DNA of 64,000 nucleotides, taken from NCBI GenBank assembly GCA_951406725.2, contig OX597814.1:208754001-208818000 (forward strand), read 5' to 3'. This document shows positions 1 through 13,065 of this stretch, one piece after another. A program made the position numbers and the translations under genes. The DNA is from Octopus vulgaris (taxonomy: Eukaryota). How positions within the stretch are numbered: the first letter of the stretch is position 1; every line of letters starts with the position of its first letter. The notes beneath the pieces were generated by a model. That model saw nothing but the letters and a program-made list of their open reading frames with translations, was not told where the DNA came from and did no database searches.

Positions 1-1213
1 CTTGGGAGCATATACCATGCTCTCAATAATTATTGTAGGTGATCATACAGTCACAAGCTGAGACAGACAGTCAGCACCACCCTCCCCCACCTCCAGCCTT
101 GACCTAGCAGAATATGCAGGATGTGAAAACCTAGAAGGAGAGAGATCTACACTAGCATCCAGCTGGTACAAATTACAGCTGAGTAATCTGGCGTAATTTG
201 AAATGAAGTACTTTGGTCAAGGATACATATTGTCTGGCCCAGGAACTGAACCCACAACCTAATGGTGATAAATCAAACATCCTAACTATTAGGTCACAAG
301 AATGTCTCCAATCAAAAACACATCTTGATAATTATTTTACAGTTAATTCCTGGTTACTCTTTGGACTGTGGCAGTGTTGGAGCACCCTCTTCAAAGGTTT
401 AATCAACTCTATCAACCTCAGCACTTTGTAACCATTATATAAATCTTAGAAAAAAAAAAAAAAGTGGAAAGCAAAATCAATCAGGTGAGAAGGGAAGCAA
501 CTGAGAGGCATCGAAATATCACAAGGCACTTATATTCAACAATCAGTATTTTGCTATTCCATGCTATTGGACATGCATAAATACACGCATAATTGAGTGG
601 TTAAGAAGTTCATTTCATAATCACGAGATCCCACGACTTGGTACTTTTGGCAAGATTTTTTTAAACCACAAGGTGAAATCAATCAAAGCCTTGCCAGTGA
701 AATTGGGTAGATAGAAACTGTGTCGAAGCCCTTCAGATGGAGTGTATCTGTAATTCAAGTTAGAAACTTGTCACACATTGTGATACACTGATTTTATCAG
801 AGAATTATATTACATACCATTGTCCTCGGCATTATTATCATTATTTAACATCCATTTTCCATGCTGGCATAGATTGGACAGTTTGACAGGAGCTGGCAAG
901 CCAGAAGACTGCGCCAAGCTTTACTGTCTGCTTTACACAGCTAATTAACATGTTCGTTAAATATGCAGGTAGTTCTGTAGACCAAACAACTGACTGCTCA
1001 TCATTTTAACTGACAGAGAAGACATCAGAAGCATACACACACACACTCACACACATCTGTCATTTCTGTAAATCAAATGTCATTTTATTTCCCACAGCTT
1101 TGACCAACCCATAGTTTTCACAGGAGACAATGAACGACAAAGTAGAGTTAAACTCAGGAACAAGTACCTGCAAAGTGCATACCTAACCATGCAACAATGC
1201 CTGCAGCCACCAC

Positions 1214-1667
1214 CATCATCGTTTAACGTCCGTTTTCCATGCTGGCATGGGTTGGACGATTCAACTGGGGTCTGGGAAGCCAGAAGGCTGCACCAGGCCC
1301 AGTCTGATCTGGCAATGTTTCTACGGCTGGATGCCCTTCCTAATGCCAACCACTCCGTGAGTGTAGTGGGTGCTTTTTACGTGCCACCAGCACAGGGACC
1401 ATACGAAGCTGGCAACGGCCACGGTCGGATGGTGCTTTTTAAGTGCCACCGGCACGGAGGCCAGTCAGGCGGCGCTGGCTACGGCCAAGGCGCTGGCTAC
1501 GGCCCATCATCATCATTTAATGTCCGCTTTCCATGATGGCATGGGTTAGCGGGTTTGACTGGAACTGGTAAGCCGGAAAGCTGCACCAGGTTTCAGTCTG
1601 ATTTGGCAAGGTTTCTACAGCTGGATACCCTTCCTAATGCCAACCACCCCAAGAGTGTAATGGGTTA
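1214..1667 (-). mobile_element. Two adjacent family-B SINE-like elements (RTE-type tail, (ATG)n end)
   Basis: Core ggttggcattaggaagggcatccagc and tail ccaacccatgccagcatggaaa..gatgatg, present twice. Confidence 0.85.
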
Positions 1668-1904
1668 CATATCTTTCCATGCAAGAGAATTATGAAGCAC
1701 AATGGCTGTAAACTGAATTATTAACTGAAATATCACACTAAGTTCAAATCTTACTACAGCCTTCATGAAAAGTTCCTAAACAAGGCACATTTATCTCTTT
1801 GCTTCAGTGTGGCCTAGTTGTGGAAAAATGAATAAATAAACAGGTTTCATTTCTCTTTTTTGGATGGTTGAATAATTAGCAATAGACAGGATAAGAGCCA
1901 GAGT

Positions 1905-2400
1905 TGTTTTGTTTATTTTTCACGTTCATTTCAATATTTAAAGGAAAATAGTTTTCCGAATTTGATGAAGGGCCCTGCTTAAGTCAAAACTTTCTTCTTC
2001 CCCCACAGCAGAGAGGTAATTGAAAAAGGCTTGTCAGTCTACCTAATGGACCCAGCAGACAAAATGGAAAAGGCATTGCTCAGGAGGATGGTGAGGGAGA
2101 TACACTGGAACAGCCACTCTGACTCACAGGGCTTGCACTTATGGATAGCTATATCCACCTTGATAGCGGTGAGTAGGGATGTGGTCCAGGGGCTACGGAC
2201 ACAGGTCTCCACTGCCACAGGCTCGACCACAAACCTGTCAGAAGAGAGCAACTGATACTCTGACAGTTTGCTGTTCTCATCCTGATGAACAGCGGAGCCT
2301 GGGCTGGTAGCTGAACACACCAAGTTTCTGCTGGAGGTGTCACAGCATGTGGCATCCTAGATGAGGGGCCTACCACCACGAGACAGGAAAATTGTTCATC
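1905..2400 (-). mobile_element. Decayed 3' end of a CRE-clade non-LTR retrotransposon (restriction-like endonuclease)
   Basis: Minus frame reads GRPLI*DATCCDT..SATSPGSAVHQDENSKLSEYQLLSSDRFVVEPVAVET..SEWLFQCISLTILLSNAFSIL. This matches the CRE C-terminal pattern (WDAT.VDT, KY, P.avET, QRiSlai.rgNA). Confidence 0.75.
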
Positions 2401-3016
2401 TACAAAAACAATTGCTCCAATAGAAAACCAATATAAGAATGGAAAAAATAGTAGAAAATAGTCATAAAAAGACAATATATTTTTAATTAACATAAATTAG
2501 CACAAGTGCTGACCTTTAATTATATCAAGAGTGAATGAAATTTACTCTGTAAGAATATATATTTTTTACCAGTTTAGCAAGTAAGCCAGTTAGTTACAAA
2601 CATATGTGTACCATTTTATTATATGTTGTACAAACTCGTATAAACTAGGTCACTTTATAAAGTCCCTATACATTTAAGAGAAGTGGATAATTTTACAAAT
2701 ACAGTTTGTGGAAAATACAAATATTACGAAGATAATTTCAAACTAGTTTAAGAGAAATATAAAATAAATAGGGCAAATTCACAGAGCAAAGATTTTTCGG
2801 TGTTCACCCCCACCCCACCCCACCGCACCCTAGCATCAGAGTGCTACGTACAACTTCCCGTTAACATGAAGGCAATGTACTTTTAAGAAAACATCATTCT
2901 TTTCATTTGAGTATCTGAATTCTTAATGACCTCAAGAGTACAAGAACACAAGTAGGGAAAACCAGTTGCGTCAGATGTAAGTTCTGCATTAAATGTGAGC
3001 TATGCTTTTTTTATAG

Positions 3017-3690
3017 TTTTACTTGTCTCAGTCAGTTGACTGCGGTCATGCTGGAGCACCACATTGAAGGTTTTTCTTTTAGTCAAACAAATCGACCCCA
3101 GGACTTATTTTTTTAAAGTCTAATACTTCTAATACTTATTCTATCAGTCACTTTTGCCAAACTGTTAATTTACAGGGGTATAAACACACCAACACCGGTT
3201 GTCAAGGGGTGACGGGGGGGGGGGGGGGCAAACACACACAAGATATATACATACATACACACACACAATAATACATATATATATATATATATATATATAG
3301 GTAGAGGCGCAACAGCCCAGTGGTTAGGACAGCGGACTTGCGGTCATAGGATCACGGTTTCAATTCCCTGGGTGTTGGGAGTGTTTATTGATTGAGTGAA
3401 AACACCTAAAGCTCCACAAGGTGGTGGAGTGGCAAACCCTGCTGTACTCTTACACCACAACTTTCTCTCACTCTTTCTTCCTGTTTCTATTGTACCTGTA
3501 TTTCAAAGGGCCAGCCTTGTCACACTGAATCTCTTTGAGAACTACGTTAAGGGTACACATGTCTGTGGAGTGCTCAGCCACTTGCACATTAATTTCACAA
3601 CCAGGCTGTTCCGGAGTGCCACGTGATATATATATGACAAGCTTCTTTTCAGTTTCCATCTCCCAAATCTTCTCACAAGATTTTGGTTCA
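3017..3690 (-). mobile_element. Family-A tRNA-derived SINE hosting a nested family-C SINE
   Basis: Family-A tail and body on both sides of the insert at 3301-3624, which sits in the internal (TA)n. Confidence 0.8.
3301..3624 (+). mobile_element. Family-C tRNA-derived SINE
   Basis: tRNA-like head with A/B boxes, homologous to 13682-14074. Confidence 0.85.
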
Positions 3691-4178
3691 TATTTCTAAA
3701 TTTTTCTATTAAAAAAATACAGTGTATTTTTTAGACACTGATAGTAAAAAAAAATACGAACAGAAATGATTTGTCCTTAATATTTTACTTTGGATTATTT
3801 ATTATTAAAACTTTCATAACCTGTTAAGGTCAACATGCGTTTCACACTTTAAAGGTCAATAATGGGCATCAACAAATAAGTGCATCTTTTAGGGTGAAGA
3901 CCTGAACAGCATATCAGTTATAATCAAGGTTATCACTCACCAATTCCCTACCAAAGACTCTACCATACACTCTTGCAGCCTCCACCCACACTCCTAGTTC
4001 TTCTCCTCCCCCTTCACTTCTGCTCTTAAGGGTCCAAACATACACTTTACCACAACTAATTTTTATCTTTTCCCTGCTCCACCTCAAACACCCTCCACTT
4101 TTTTGTCTAAAATATGAGCAGCTATGTAGCCCCTATACAGCAAGAAACTTGTTCTGCTCTGACTCTTTCTCTCATACT

Positions 4179-4389
4179 TTAAGCCTTTAATATTCAGATT
4201 GTTTTGTCATATTAAATGCTTATTGTTTTGAAGTAATTAAGCATTACCTTTGAGATTTCAATAATGGGATTGTATAGTCTTAGAATGACATCGATAGGTT
4301 GGTATAAGAGGTCAGATCTGATCAGCTTGAATAGAAAACAAGTAGACTATTTGGGCTGGATATGGCTGGTTTAAATGCTAAAGGATTAA
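4179..4389. mobile_element. Degenerate piggyBac-like MITE (TTAA ends)
   Basis: ttaa-gcctttaatatt ... aatgctaaagga-ttaa. A related left end is at 60701-60767. Confidence 0.55.
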
Positions 4390-4601
4390 CCCGTCATCTC
4401 CTAGAATAAAGCTGCCTCTCTCAGGCAATAGTGCTGGTGGCACAAAGAAAAAAAAAAGTACCCAGTGGACAATGTAAAGTGGTTGACATTTGGAAGAGCA
4501 TCAAGCTGTAGAAACCAAGATTAAGTAGAGAGTGGAACACAATGAAGTCCTTGGACCAGTCATTTCCTGTGAAGTTGTCCAACTCATGCCAGCATGGAAC
4601 C

Positions 4602-5030
4602 ATCATCATCATCGTTTAGCGTCCGCTTTCCATGCTGGCATGGGTTGGACGGTTCAACTGGGGTCTGGGAAGCCAGAAGGCTGCACCAGGCCCAGTCTGA
4701 TCTGGCAATGTTTCTACGGCTGGATGCCCTTCCTAACGCCAACCACTCCATGGGTGTAGTGGGTGCTTGGTGATTTTTACGTGCCACCGGCACAGGTGCC
4801 AGACGAGACTGGCAAACAGCCACGATCGGATGGTGCTTTTTACATGCCACCGGCACGGAGGCCAGCCCAGGCTGGCAACGCCCACGATCGGATGGTGCTT
4901 TTTACGTGTCACTGGCACGGAGGCAGTCGGGGCGGCGCTGGCAATGACCACATTTGGATGGTTCTCTTATGTGCTACCGGCACTGGTATCATAGCTATGA
5001 TTTCCATTGATGCTAATCGATTTTGATTTT
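4602..5030 (-). mobile_element. Family-B SINE-like element
   Basis: Same core and tail, with internal ~60-bp repeats. Confidence 0.9.
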
Positions 5031-5426
5031 GTTAAATGATGTGAAAAAAAGGACAGTAATTCAGCGAGTAGAGGTTATCCCTTCTACTCAAGAGGACGCA
5101 GTAAAGCAGGAGCCAAGAATTTTACACAGTCCGTCAATCTGCTAGAAATAGTAACTAAATTTTCCAGAGGATGCATCCTATCTTTTTAACAGAAATAAAG
5201 TAAGGACGCACTGCTGATCAAAGACTAAACATCTGGAACATGAAGTTACATAATAACCAACATTCTTAGACTTATGTAATAAAACTGGAATTTTCAGTGA
5301 GAAAAAAAAAAGCAATAATAGAAACAGAAAAACTGCAAAAAACAAAACAAATATATACATACAAACATGTGATTCCTTAGCAGAACCAAAATCTAATGAC
5401 TGGGGAGGGAGAGAAAAGAGAGAGAC

Positions 5427-5503
<77 letters not shown>

Positions 5504-5565
5504 GTTTAAATATTTGTTGTGCAAGATTTATTGGCTAAACTGGCAATATGACCATTCCGAAATAT

Positions 5566-5616
<51 letters not shown>

Positions 5617-6707
5617 TAAAATGGTAAGATAACAAAAGAAAGAAAGAGACCTCAATATTATGTAAATAGAGGAAATTTATCTATAAAATAATATGTTACA
5701 TTACTCGATAGTCAAGATAAAACTCTGAGTTTCAGATGCCGAAGTGGGAATCCACAACGCCATCTCTTCGGTTCTAGATATATATATATGAGTAGTTTGT
5801 TTTGCAATCATGTAGCTTTGGGTTCAGTCCCACAGCATAGCACCTTCTGCTATAGCTCCAGGTCAACCAAGGCCTTGTAAGTGAATGTGATAGCCAGAAA
5901 CTGTCTGGGGAGACCTCTGTGTGCGAGTGGGGGTTTGTTTATGTAACCCATACCCCGACATAACAGTCCAGCGAAATAAAAGAGGCTAACAGATCAAGTA
6001 CTAAACTAAGAAAATAATTACTGGGGTTGATTTGATTTGATTAATGAAAAACAAGCCCTTCAAACAATGCCCCAGCATGGCCACATAAAACAGCTGACAT
6101 AAAATACACATGGAGTGAGGAAAGGAGGTAGGGATGGATGGATAGAAAGATAGATAGATAGATACACAGACAACACATAGCCTGGTTCATCATAGAATTT
6201 TATTTCTTCAGCACAGATTCAAAACCAAGCTATAAAAGTTCTCTTGTAGCAGACACTTGAAGTTAAAAAGAAACTATAGACGGGCAAGATTTTTATTTTC
6301 ATTTCTCAGTTGTCAAAACAGCAACTTTACGATTTATGATAACACACAAGATTAATCACTCTGCAGGATCATAAAGAAGACCTATCATTGATTAAGAGTG
6401 CATTTTCGTTATGGAAGCACAGAAGAGAAGCAACCTCTGCAGAATGCATACGCCGAGCAAAGTCTGCCTAGATTATGACTCAGCTTTGTGTCTTCCTTTA
6501 CCCTCATATCAAAACAGTAGCAGTAATCTTTTAAATATGGTTTTAGGGGGAGGAATGCTGCGTCTGTCAGCTGTTTCAAATTTCATAGCAAAACACACAC
6601 ACATGTACATTCATATATGTTCAGCATATTAGAATGTGTGTGTACACATATATACACGCAAACATATACACAGAATTATGTGTATATGTGTGTGTATATA
6701 CTTTAAT

Positions 6708-6912
6708 TCTTTTACTTGTTTCAGTCATTTGACTGTGGCCGTGCTGGAGCACCACATTTAGTCAAACAAGTCAACCCCAGGACTTATTCTTTGTAAGCCT
6801 AGTAGTACTTATTCTATCATTCTCTTTTGCCGAACCACTAGGTTACAGGGACGTAAACATACCAACATCAGTTGTCAAGCGATGGTGGGGGAACAAACAC
6901 AGATACACAAAC

Positions 6913-6951
<39 letters not shown>

Positions 6952-7104
6952 ACAGGTTTCTTTCAGTTTCTGTCTACCAAATCCACTTTCAAGGCTTTGG
7001 TCGGCCCAAGGCTCTAGTAGAAGACACTTATCCAAGATGCCACGCAGTGGGACTGAACCCAGAACCATGTAGTATGGAAGCAAGCTTCTTACCACACAGC
7101 CAGC
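6708..7104 (-). mobile_element. Family-A tRNA-derived SINE
   Basis: Head ggctgtgtggtaagaagc..ggttcagtccc, internal (TA)/(TG) tract and tail gactgaaacaagtaaaaga. Confidence 0.9.
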
Positions 7105-7789
7105 TACATTAATTTGTTTTAAAGGTTGAACTTAAAATAGGTTTTGGTTGACCCAGGGCTTCAGCAGGAAATAATTTCTAATCATACGCAGTACAAGATG
7201 TTCATATAAAAACATTTGAAGAAAAATACGCTAAGGACTCAACAAAAATTGTAATATCATAATAGGGTATATTCTTACCCACAAAAGATGTTGATAACAG
7301 TGTGAGAAGTATTAGAAATGGTGGAATGAGCCTTGCTAGGAGAATGTAGGAGACTTCTTATTTTATAGTTCATCATCAATTCCTTGAAGGGAGTGAAGAA
7401 CTTTAACCAAAATTTGTTTGATCTTTATGGCTCATCATTTCTTTGTATAGCTCAGTGTAGGAACAAGAGGAGCTAACTGTAAGCTCCTCTTGTAATTTTA
7501 ATGGTTAGAGTGTCAGGCTCACGATCATGAGGTAGCAAGTTCAATTCCTGGACTGGGCCTTGTGTTGTGTTCTTGAGCAAGATACTTTATCTCACATTGC
7601 TCAAGTTCACTCGGCTGTATCATACTTTGCCTTTCCCTTGGATAACATTTGTGGAATGAAGAAGAGATTGATATGCATGAGCAACTGCATAAACAACCTT
7701 GCCCAGACTTGCGCCTCAGAGGGGAACTTTCTAGGCACAATCCAGTGGTCGTTCTTAACCAGAGGGGACCTTAGTCACAATTAGGGTTG

Positions 7790-8715
7790 TTCTCATCTAA
7801 CAGCACCAGCTCTTAGTTGTAACACTAGCAACTCATCCTCATCATCCTCTACAACTTCTTCAAACCCTACACATTTTGCAAGTGTCACAATTCCTTTCCA
7901 AGTTAAATGTAGACCTTCAGTTTGTGGGGAAACTTGCATTGTCATGAATACAATCAGACCATATATTTTTCAAGAACCATTCAAAGCTGAGAATTTCACT
8001 TAATCCCATGATTCAGCCTTGTTATTCACAGCATCCATTATGTTGAACTTCTTCCAAAAGTCTTTAACTGTCAATTGCTTTCATAGAGTGTTTAAAAGTT
8101 CTTCTCAGATAATATGCCTTGAAGTCAGCTATCATACTTTGATCCACTGGTTGGAGCAAAGGAGTTGTTCTCAGATAATATGCCTTGAAGTCAGCTATCA
8201 TACTTTGATCCACTGGTTGGAGCAAAGGAGTTGTTCTCAGATAATATGCCTTGAAGTCAGCTATCATACTTTGATCCACTGGTTGGAGCAAAGGAGTTGT
8301 TCTCAGATAATATGCCTTGAAGTCAGCTATCATACTTTGATCCACTGGTTGGAGCAAAGGAGTTGTTCTCAGATAATATGCCTTGAAGTCAGCTATCATA
8401 CTTTGATCCACTGGTTGGAGCAAAGGAGTTGTTCTCAGATAATATGCCTTGAAGTCAGCTATCATACTTTGATCCACTGGTTGGAGCAAAGGAGTTGTTC
8501 TCAGATAATATGCCTTGAAGTCAGCTATCATACTTTGATCCACTGGTTGGAGCAAAGGAGTTGTTCTCAGATAATATGCCTTGGAGTCAGCTATCATACT
8601 TTGATCCACTGGTTGGAGCAAAGGAGTTGTTCTCAGATAATATGCCTTGAAGTCAGCTATCATACTTTGATCCACTGGTTGGAGCAAAGGAGTTGTATTC
8701 TTAGAGATATGGTTC
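7790..8715 (-). mobile_element. Pogo/Tigger-family transposase relic (DDE_1 C-terminal half)
   Basis: NTTPLLQPVDQSMIADFKAYYLRRTF, then after a frameshift TVKDFWKKFNIMDAVNNKAESWD*VK and IVTLAKCVGFEEVVEDDEDELL. Stops and frameshifts are present. Confidence 0.85.
8102..8695. repeat. 66-bp tandem repeat, 9 copies, inside the Tigger relic
   Basis: Units start every 66 bp from 8102. I saw only one substitution (near 8584). Confidence 0.97.
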
Positions 8716-9696
8716 AGAGTCTAAGGAACAATGCTATGCAAGAAATATCATGTCTGGCACTGAAAATTCCTCCAGCAGGACAAAAAAAAAATGCTTGTAA
8801 ACCACTCTTTGAAAAAACTCTTAGTGATCTATACCTTCTTATTTGAATACCAAATCAGAGGAAGATTAAAATTTGTGAAAATGTTGGGGTTTTGCTACCC
8901 ACTAGATTGCATGGGTAGCTTTACACAAACTTGTATGATGTTCAAGTTACTATCACCAATGTTGTAATCATTACAAGTATTTTCCATGCTGGTGTGGATT
9001 GAACAGGTCAGTACAGTTCAAACCTGTTCTTATTCAGAGGCACTGCCCTCCTTGACAGACCAGAAATTACATCTCACACTCACGTCCCTTTTTTGACATC
9101 TTTCTATGACTAAATGCTTTACCTATTGCTGACCAGTTTACAAAGTGTATTTGAGTGCATTTTATCATGACACCAGCATTGACAAAGTTGTCTTGGGCCT
9201 GGCAAGACAAAAGGGTCCCCTCTATGCAATGCTGTTGCCACTTAATGAAAGCAAACATAACCAAAAGGATGAATATGAACCAAGTTGTGAGACCCAAGTG
9301 TAGACATTATACATCACAGTCATTATAAGCACCATCATACAGAAAACTAAAACATGAAAAATACATATACAAATGTTCGACCCAATATCTACATGCTATT
9401 ATTTATAGTTTTATATGTGCTTCAAGATCCAATATTCCAAAAAAGAATTATTAACGTCCTCTCAAAAGTTCATAAAATCCTTATGATGTCAAGAACATGC
9501 AATTCTTGCTGGTAAGAATAAAGTTCCTAAAATAGAGAACTTTGAAGGATTGCTTTGGTCCAATGGTAGAAAACCTTGTCATGTATATAGGAGGTCTGGC
9601 TTGAGTCCCACAGACAGCCTTTGATATTTTCTATCCAAAAGAGAATTTCAACCTAATATTTACATGCTATTATTTATAGCTTTATACATACTTCAA

Positions 9697-9739
<43 letters not shown>

Positions 9740-9857
9740 TATCATCATTTAATGTCCATTTTTCTATGCTGGTACAGGCTGGACAGTTTGACAGGATCCG
9801 ATGGTTCCAAAGATTACATTGTGTTCCAATATCTGCTTTGGCATGGTTTCTATTTAT

Positions 9858-10075
9858 CATCATCATTGTCGTTTAACTGGGAAGCCAGGAGGATGCGCCA
9901 GGCTCCAGTCTGATTTGGCAGTGTTTCTACAACTGGATGCCCTTCCTAATGCCAACCACTCCATGAGTGTAGTGGGTGCTTTTTACATGCCACCAGCACA
10001 GAGGCCAAAGGAAGCTGGCAAACGGCCATGATCGGTTAGTGCTTTTTACGTGTCACCAACATGGATGCCAGTCAG
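9858..10075 (-). mobile_element. Family-B SINE-like element
   Basis: Same core, with an internal deletion. Confidence 0.8.
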
Positions 10076-11394
10076 TCGTCTTATCTGTGAATGTGTCAAT
10101 AATACCAGGAAGGTTTCAAACTAGGAACCATTATTTCTAAACATTCTAATCCACTAAGTCACTGGCATAGGTATGAAGTTTCTAAGGATGTGTACAAAAA
10201 GTTCCTAATTTGAATCCAATCTCAAATTATACATTTAGAAACTATAGGTTGTTGGTTTTTCTTCTCTGATAAAGGGTTCCACCTGGAATGCTAGCCATCA
10301 CTACTACATCTTAAGGCATTATATCAAACATTTGAATCGTTTTCAAACACAGGGCAATCTGGAGAAAAGAAGTATGGAAACTCAAAGATTGTTTTGCTAA
10401 ACATAGGTTTAAAAGGGTTCTAAGTAATGTATGTGTCAAGGAGGAGCTAAAGACATAACATATAACAACTGATAGGTTCTATGAGACGACATAGAATACA
10501 TAGATCAAAGGTAGTAGTTGGACTAATGTACCAGCCAGACTGAGGGTGATATGGTGGTAGAATGAGATAGTAGATAGAGCCATAAAAGCTATTAGACAGG
10601 TCTGGAAATATTAGAAGAGGAGAGCAAGGAACAATATCGAGTAGGCAGAAAAGAAACTATGCTTCAGGTTTAATTCTGGGGGGGTAGCTGAAAGTAAGTT
10701 GGTCAATGTCTGGCAGTAAGAATACCAGAAACATGAGATGTTCTGGATAGCTAAGTAGGCTGTCACTATAAATCAAGACATCAAGGAAAAGTACATATTG
10801 AATGACAGCAGCACACTTACTCTCACCAATATTTAAGAAGCAAAGTGGTGAGCTGGCAGAATCATTAATATGCCAGATAAAATGCTTAGCAGCATTTCAT
10901 TTGTCTTTACATTCAGAGTTCAAATTCCACCAAGGTCAACTTATCCTTTCGGACATCAATGAAATAAGTACCTATGACCACCTCCCTTGTTTCTTTGTCA
11001 CTCACATGTGTTGATGTTTTGCTGTTTTTCTGTATTTTTCTCCCTGGGAATACATTTATGCTTTAAAAAAAAAATCCCGTTTTCTGAACTTGCTGGCCTT
11101 GAGACAAAATTTGAAATAAGTATTATGAAGGAGCTTGCAAATGTCCAGAGAGGAAGCTGAATGAGTAGAATGAATGAGAGCAAGAGAGGGGCACTGTTTC
11201 AAGTACATTCCAAAGGACTAGTTAGTGAAACTGACAACTGTATAGTGAGAAAGAACATGAAAACTGGTAAAATAAACTGTCCACCAAGGATAGTTATTAA
11301 GATGCTGAAAATATTCAGTGAAATAGGGAGAGCACTATAGTCACTCAGGTAGTAGGAGTGTTGTCACACCTCTGACTAACAATGACAATGGAGA

Positions 11395-12250
11395 TGCCTT
11401 GAAAAGTAGTATCTTCAGAGGTATAAAACTGTAAATCTAGCAAAAATAAAAGTTTCAGTTAGCAGGAAACAGTTCAGATCTCTATTGCCAAGCAAAAAGT
11501 CAGCATGTTTGAATTGCAGGAAAGAAGTGGGTAGGAATTCCATAAAATGTACCCAGTGAAAACAATTGCCTGAAGAAGAGGTGTAGCGGGATCACAGATA
11601 GGTTAACAGATGCACAAAAATAGTTAGAGCAATCTTCGAAATGATTTCTTTGAAATATTCAAAAGGCCCCTCAGAAATGATGACTGATAGCTTCTCTAAA
11701 CTAGGTGGCCTAATAAGTAGTGGAAGTGGGTGCCCTGAAAGAATTAGTGGCCAGAATAAAGAGCTGGGTGGAAAACTTTCAGGAAGCTGTTACCTATGCT
11801 AGCAACAAAGACACCTTCTCTCTGTGTAAAGAGTGGATCATACGATGATTGTGTATGTAGTACAATATTACACGAGCATCGAATACAGATGATGTACAAA
11901 GGCTAGGAAAAAGATAATGCAAGAATGCTCTGCATGTAAAATAGAGTACAAAAGAGAAAAATTAGGTTATAAGAGAAATCAGATATAGTGTACAAGAAGG
12001 AAGATTGTACTGGTACAAACATATGATGTGTATGAAGGATGACAGATGGAGAAAGAATTGCTAAGAGATCCAGGTGGAAGGAATCTGCAGAAGACCAAGG
12101 AAAATATAGGGATGAGGGGTGAAAAACTGATCTCAGGATGTGAACTTCATAAAGGAGATGATGAGTGTCCTTAACAAGTAGAGACAAAGTTGGAGAAGAC
12201 CTGTCCAACCTATGCAAACATGGAAAAAATTGGATGTAAAAGTATGAGGA
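11395..12250 (+). mobile_element. Old RTE-clade LINE 3' fragment
   Basis: Degenerate VNLAK..CRKEVGRNSIKCTQ and FRKLLPMLATK motifs, homologous to the 17.7-19 kb element. It ends in a tail (cctgtccaacctatgcaaacatggaaaa) shared with SINE family B. Confidence 0.7.
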
Positions 12251-12875
12251 GTTGCAGAATCACTATTTGTGTTTAACAGCAGTCTTAGATATTTATAAAA
12301 AATAACATGAAATAAAAATAATAAAACATGACCATATTGCCACAATATATAAGCTAGTGGATCACAAGTTCAAGTATTAAATTCACTCAAATCCACTGCA
12401 TGCAATTATTTTAGTGAAGATTTACTCAGGACACATATTTCTAATAACAAGCATGGCTGTGTGGTTAGGGAGCTTGCTTCCTAGCTACATGGTTTCGGGT
12501 TCAGTCCCACAGTGTGGCACTTTGGGTAGGTGTCTTCCACTATAGCCCTGAACCGACCGGAGCTTTGTGATTGAATTCGGTAGGTGGAAGTTAGTGCCGT
12601 GTGTGTATGTGTGCGTATAGCTGCTCAGTGCCTCTCCGAAAGAGAGAAAGGGAGAGAGGGAAACCTTACTACAGATTGAGACATATGCTTCCCTAGAGAA
12701 GACATGGACTCCACTTCATGTCTTTCTTACAAACATATGCTGCTATATACATCATAGCAGAATTAAGATAAGCAATAACAGAATTATCCAACTGTATAGA
12801 GAATGTTTAATTTAGTAAAAGCCATCCCAATTTGGTTAGGTGGGACGGGTCATACAAAAAGAAATGCTATATATG

Positions 12876-13065
12876 CAGGTGGCACATAAAAAGCACCCAC
12901 TACACTCTCAGAGTGGTTGGCGTTAGGAAGGGCATCCAGCTGTAGAAACACTGCCAGATCAGACTGGGCCTGGCGCAGCCTTCTGGCTTCCCAGACCCCA
13001 GTTGAACCGTCCAACCCATGCTAGCATGGAAAACGGACGTTAAACGATGATGATGATGATGATGT
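12876..13065 (+). mobile_element. Family-B SINE-like element, 5' truncated
   Basis: Sense copy ending in (GAT)n. Confidence 0.85.

Noticed and set aside
2149-2493. Host exon following a ttttgtag acceptor-like site
   Set aside because: Another frame explains the sequence as a decayed CRE endonuclease.
8102-8695. CRISPR array or repeat-protein gene (275-aa and 207-aa ORFs)
   Set aside because: There are no spacers and no cas genes. The units are contiguous and derive from a Tigger transposase segment, and the ORFs stay open only because the 66-bp unit lacks stops.
10100-10800. Possible additional decayed retroelement (FLDVLI-like motif on the minus strand)
   Set aside because: Too degenerate to assign without a profile search.
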